Of a DNA stretch of 60,680 nt, positions 55,357 to 60,680 are shown piece after piece. The DNA is from Octopus bimaculoides. Lineage: Eukaryota. The notes below the pieces were generated by a model. It saw only the letters and a list, made by a program, of their open reading frames with translations, was not told the DNA's origin and did not search any database. The position numbers and the translations under genes are program-made. How positions within the stretch are numbered: position 1 is the first letter of the stretch; each line of letters begins with the position of its first letter. The DNA is taken from assembly GCF_001194135.2 (NCBI RefSeq), contig NC_068992.1, forward strand, positions 48,963,845 to 49,024,524, given 5' to 3'.

Positions 55357-55632
55357 GATCTGATCAACGGAACAGCCTTCAACTGAAATTAACTTACAAG
55401 TGAGTGAGCACTCCACAGACACGCGTAACCTTAACGTAGTTCTCAGGGAGATTCAGCGTGACACAGAATGACACAAGGCCGGGCCTTTGAAATACAGCCA
55501 CTATTCATTTTTGCCAGCTAAGTGGACTGGCGCAACGTGAAACAAAGTATCTTGCTCAAGGACACAACGCGTCGCCGATAACTGAACTCACGAACGTGAG
55601 CCGAATACGCTACCCACTAAGCCAAACGCCTT
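55357..55632 (-). mobile_element. SINE with a different tRNA-like head joined to the family B 3' module
   Basis: 55357-55480 is the reverse complement of about 40200-40330. The 5' part has its own tRNA-like head and a gtgtccttgagcaag core-like segment. Confidence 0.7.
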
Positions 55633-55680
55633 CACTGCTTTCATTTACTTGCTTCCAAAAGTCAGTACACCTTTAGAGTG

Positions 55681-56640
55681 TTAATAAGAAAGATGTGCTC
55701 TTTTGTTTTTGATAACTGCCACCAGACGGCTATGTATAAACTCCGCCAGATTAACACGAGTAGATGATTAGATGTAGTACCACTCATATTTAAGATATCT
55801 TTGAGACGGAGATTTGATAGTCCCCGTTCTTCAACATTTCATGTTATAACTCGCTTTAGTTAAAGCCGATTCCATGAAGGGTTACTCTGTCACTTTTACC
55901 GTTGCTAGGCTGAGTGTTTGGGATCATTGTAGTGTTGAAACAGTGTACCTTCACCTAGACTTCGGTGTTAGAAGCATGTTTTCTTTCAGAATTTTACAGT
56001 ATTTGTCAGCCGCCATGATACCAGCTATAACATATACACTACCGACACCCTGTGAACACATTGCACTCCCATACCATCACATTGACTCCACTATCCTCCA
56101 CGATATATATGATGCAATTTTCAAAGTATGTTTCCTCAGGTCTACGCCGCACCTTCTGCTCGTCATCAGATCTAAATAGGTTGGATTTTGTATCACTGGA
56201 CCAAAGCTTCTTATCCCAGAATACTCTGGTTTTAACATTATGGGTTCAGGTAAACTTCAAACGGGCATCTATGTGTCACTTTTTCAACAGTGGTTTCCGT
56301 TGGAAACGTCATCCATGCAGGTTTACGAAATATAAGTTACACCTAACGGTTTGCGCTAATATGGTACAGCCACTATCTTCAGATACTTCCCGGGCGAGTT
56401 CTGACCCATTTTTATTGGCCCTTATTGTGGTCAGACGTGCCAGTCGCATAGCCATCTTCTTTGGTCGACCTGTACGAGTATTCACAGGTTTCACTGCATC
56501 GTTCTTTCTTTAAATTTTGAATTATTTCGGTAACAGACGTTTTACACACTTTCAAAACATTCTTGGTTTTCTATACATGATCTGTGTTGCACACGGACTT
56601 TTCCCCTTAAACCACTAGCTAGTTCTCATCCTCGCATGGC
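55681..56640 (-). mobile_element. Decayed Tc1-like transposase
   Basis: TRTGRPKK, RKPLLKK, ARLKF, FWDKKLWSSDTKSNLF, VMVWEC and C-terminal SRLVAVIKNK follow the Tc1 transposase consensus order. Stops and frameshifts are present. Confidence 0.85.
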
Positions 56641-57643
56641 CGTTTCTAAACTTTCTTTATAATACTGTATTCCAGAAATCCACTTCAAAAGTATATACCC
56701 TTGTAGTGTGTTAAATCAAGTTAAATGGCTTAACGTGTGTTTGTTTCATTTCAATGAAGTTAAGAGGGCAATAGTGACTTGGATTTTCAAGATGAGAACT
56801 AATTTTTTGGAACTATGTAAATATAAACATTGCTATTTCTGTTTATTACATCATGCCAATTGCAGATTTTGCTGTTGGTATAAGAATGCAGTTGCTTGTA
56901 TTACTGCAGATAACTTACCATAAGAGAACTTTACTTATATCAGAAAGAAAATTTTATTTTGTACCATTGGCAGAGTTGTATTAATTTTTGTGACTGGCTG
57001 TATGAGAGTTGAGTAATGGTGATGATGACAGTAAGCTTTTTCAGTTTTTGTTTTCATATTTCTATCGCTCTCTTCTATATAACAGTTTTTGGCTGGTTTT
57101 GAATATATTCAGAAAATTGACAAACATCACAGGAGCTGGAATGACAATTGCTATCTATAGTCGCCATTTTATGCGTGTTCGTATTTATAAACTTCAAATG
57201 TATTGTTTATTTTACCTTTATTATTATAATCTTCCTTCATGTGGTTACAACAAACCTGCAGTAAATTCGTAAAAACTTTATTTTACGTCGAAATATATCA
57301 TATTAATTTTAACTTAAATTATTTCTTTGAATTTATTTTAAAACTATTCCTTTCATCGCTAAACTATCTCGACTCAGCAAAAGAATCTGCCTATGTGATC
57401 GCATGACTTCCTAGAAATAGCAGACAAATCATACCATGCCAGCTTAAAAAATGAAGAACACATTGGATAGTGTTTCCTAGATACACTGTTTGAAAAGGTA
57501 AGATGCGATGGTTGCGGTTGGAACGCTTTTCATCCGTTGGATCAGAACTAAGCTTCGGCTGAACAACAACTGTATATATGTAGTATGTATGTATATTAGT
57601 GAAGATTAGAATAGCTACTATTAGATTTCTTCTATAATTTATA

Positions 57644-57846
57644 ATTGTTTCAAAAGCGTGTGGGTGACAAATGAAACACCATTTACATAGACATGTCCAT
57701 CATGTAATGCATATTACATAATAACCTCCATAACCGTTTAATCATAAGCAGACGATCGTTACAATTTAGACATTGTTATTTCACTGTTTATGTCTTTGTC
57801 TACATGCACGACATTTGATTTGTCACCCACGCGTTGTTTAAACAAC
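57644..57846. mobile_element. MITE-like element with ~33-bp terminal inverted repeats
   Basis: attgtttcaaaagcgtgtgggtgacaaatgaaa versus tttgatttgtcacccacgcgttgtttaaacaac; no coding capacity. Confidence 0.65.
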
Positions 57847-57943
57847 TGTAAACCAATGAATAAATGTAATATCAACTACACAATTCTTCTTTAATATGCA
57901 TACATACCACTTGCATTCATATATATATATATANNNNNNNNNN

Positions 57944-58353
57944 TGTGAAAGATTTTAGAATATTTATAAATAGAAAGTCTTACAGCTGTTTCCAAGATAT
58001 TTATTATATCCCTTCATCGAAGACGGTGTGAGAAAATGGTTAAACAATAGTTAATTTAGATAAGGTACATGGTATAAATATAAGATAATGGTATACATAT
58101 AAGATTCCAATACTCACAAGGTATTGGAATCTTATATGTATACCATTCTGCCTAAATAATGGATCTACAAATGCAATATCCCTGCATATCTCACATCTAT
58201 TTTCATTCCTCCACTTCACTCTCTATTTCGTATCTTATCTAAATTAACTATTGCTTAACCATTTTCTCACACAGTCTTCGATGAAGGGATATAATAAATA
58301 TCCTGGAAACAGCTGTAAGACCTTCTATTTATAAATATTCTAAAATCTTCACA
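57944..58353. repeat. Fold-back inverted repeat carrying two hammerhead-like motifs (Penelope pseudo-LTR-like)
   Basis: 57944-58064 is the reverse complement of 58234-58353 (4 substitutions, 1 indel). Central perfect 26-bp stem 58088-58113/58121-58146 with a 7-nt loop. Confidence 0.85.
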
Positions 58354-58628
58354 GCCTTGGTTTATAATCTCATTCTGAAAAAAAAAGTTTTATATATAGA
58401 CAAGCTGATATATGACCTACGTTGGACTCCTCATTCGCATAATCACCGAACCTGGAGCTTAACTATACTCTATCCATAGCACTTACTCAGCATTGCTTGA
58501 CACCATTGGGTTTTATTGACACCATTACCTCTCATAACCTATATGTGTGTGTGTGCGTGCGTGCGTACGTGCGTGCGTGCGTGCGTGTGGAAACCGGATA
58601 AGCGGCCTTATGAGTCCTGGGGCTCAAG

Positions 58629-58693
<65 letters not shown>

Positions 58694-58856
58694 GAGAGAG
58701 GGGCAGAGTAAGTGAGTGAGTGAGAGAGAGAGTTGTCGCCCTTATTATCATTAAATACTCTTTCATATGTCGAACTCTTTGAAGTATTCAGTGGTTCTTC
58801 TCCAACCCACTGAACTAAGGGGAAGCTATTGATCGTATTTTGAATAATATACTTAC

Positions 58857-58901
58857 AAAGCGTAACCAGATATTGGAATTTAAGACTTGCTCTTGTTCAT
58901 T
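58857..58901 (-). CDS. nAChR internal exon, 45 bp: NEQEQVLNSNIWLRF (loop D Trp)
   Basis: Acceptor ttttgttttattctattccag, donor gtaagt at 58856-58851. 15 codons, phase 0/0. Matches the conserved 45-bp DEKNQVLTTNIWLQM-type exon of nAChR genes. Not in the ORF track. Confidence 0.9.
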
Positions 58902-59871
58902 CTGGAATAGAATAAAACAAAAATATATTTCACAAACCGGATTCTCATTGGTTGTCCATTTTCATTACAAGCGAAAGAAATATTTTGCTATTTATGTATT
59001 TTATTTTTATTTTTACTCGTTAGTGAAATAAGTTAATTGAACTGGAGTAAAATACATCGTTTAATTTTTATATATTTATTTAATTTGATTTTTTTCCATT
59101 TCCACTACAAATCTTTACATTTCATAAACTCCAACAAAACTCTGGGATTCGTAAATTAAATTCAGACAAGAAATTGTTGTCTTCGATGTTTTATTTTAAA
59201 CAATGACAAGGAATACATTTATTTTATATCAAACATAAAATTATTTTAACTTACTTTAAATTAAACTTAAACTTCAAAATCAAATTTGATTAGAGAATAG
59301 AATAGAGAGTATAGATTGAGTATTTGATCAAGACTATTTTTAAAAGTGAGTATACAGAACTCATTTGCTTTGGAAATTTTCATGTAACCATGTTATGAGC
59401 ATCCACACTGAGTAAATGTGTATGTATATATGTATGTATAAATATATAAATGTGTATGTGTCTGTATTGTTATTGTTGAGCCTTTTGTCCGCTCTAAATA
59501 CAACAGACCTATGAACAAATAAATACATTCAAACCATGACCACCTCGACTTTTATTCAGTCGCAGTGTATCTAGAACGACATTATTTTGTAAGCCCTTCC
59601 TTTTTTAGGACAATTGGATACGATTTTGACGGAGATTTCACTCTTATTTCTAGCATGCCGAACAACTGCACAGCTGCACAGTCTCGCATGTTAGCATATA
59701 TGTGTGTATATGTGCACGTGTGTCTCTGTCTGTTTGAGTATGTGTGTATGTGCATGAGTGTATTTGTGTGTACATAAGTATATATGGGTATGTGTATATG
59801 TGTGTCTATATGAGCATGTATATATTTGTGAGCATGGATAGTACAGATCTGACTGTAGCTGTGATATATGC

Positions 59872-59942
<71 letters not shown>

Positions 59943-59980
59943 CAGCGGCAGCAGCGGCAGCAGCGGCAGCAGCGGCAGCT
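59872..59980. repeat. (TAG)n followed by (GCA/GCG)n microsatellite
   Basis: Directly visible. Confidence 0.95.
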
Positions 59981-60040
59981 GAGACTACTTACTGTGGTGG
60001 TGATAGTAGTGTTAAGAGATTTATAATGTAGTGTTCGTGT

Positions 60041-60076
60041 TCATGATGATGATGATGATGATGATGATGACGATGG

Positions 60077-60117
<41 letters not shown>

Positions 60118-60226
60118 TTGATGATGTTGACGATGATGATGATGATGATGATGATGTTGACGATGATGATGATGATGATGATGATGATGACGANNNNNNN
60201 NNNGATGATGATGATGATGACGATGG

Positions 60227-60267
<41 letters not shown>

Positions 60268-60429
60268 TTGATGATGTTGACGATGATGATGATGATGATG
60301 ATGATGTTGACGATGATGATGATGATGATGATGATGATGACGATGATGACGATGATGATGATGGTGATGATGATGATAATGATGATGATGACGATGATGA
60401 CGATGATGATGAAGATGATGATGGTGATG

Positions 60430-60460
<31 letters not shown>

Positions 60461-60680
60461 CGATGATGAGGAGGATGATGATGATGATGATGATGGTGAT
60501 GATGACAGTGATAGTGATGATGATGATGATGATGAAGGTGATGATGATGACGACAATGACGATGGTGATGGTGATGACGATGATAACGATGATGATAATC
60601 GTCATCGTCGTCACCATGGAGGTAGATATATTGCTGATGATGCTGGTAATAGCCATGGTGATGATCAAGATGGCGAGGAT
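60041..60680. repeat. (GAT)n degenerate microsatellite
   Basis: Directly visible; source of the poly-Ile and poly-Ser ORFs. Contains a 10-N gap. Confidence 0.95.

Noticed and set aside
56200-56256. Plus-strand QNTLVLTLWVQ followed by gtaaac, resembling the 45-bp nAChR exon
   Set aside because: It is the antisense of the Tc1 transposase, and the true 45-bp exon is at 58857-58901.

Overview
Eukaryotic, AT-rich window dense in microsatellites and N-gaps; the SINE repertoire points to an octopod cephalopod (inferred). It is mostly intronic DNA of one minus-strand Cys-loop receptor gene, a nicotinic acetylcholine receptor alpha-type subunit with alpha9/alpha10-like motifs. Five internal coding exons splice by hand with GT-AG sites into one 885-nt, 295-codon frame: 58901-58857, 52072-51963, 41388-41250, 34029-33630 and 13817-13627. 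They cover most of the ligand-binding domain, the Cys loop, loop C with vicinal cysteines, M1-M3 and the MX helix. The 5' exons probably lie beyond the right edge, and the M4 exon could not be placed with confidence. The introns and flanks hold decayed transposons (maT DD37D, Tc1, pogo, Penelope-like, RTE LINE, MITEs), several tRNA-derived SINE families and several hammerhead-ribozyme-like motifs, some sense to the receptor pre-mRNA and one inside a fold-back. There are no CRISPR arrays, rRNA or true tRNA genes. Most long ORFs in the track are artefacts of microsatellites and gaps.
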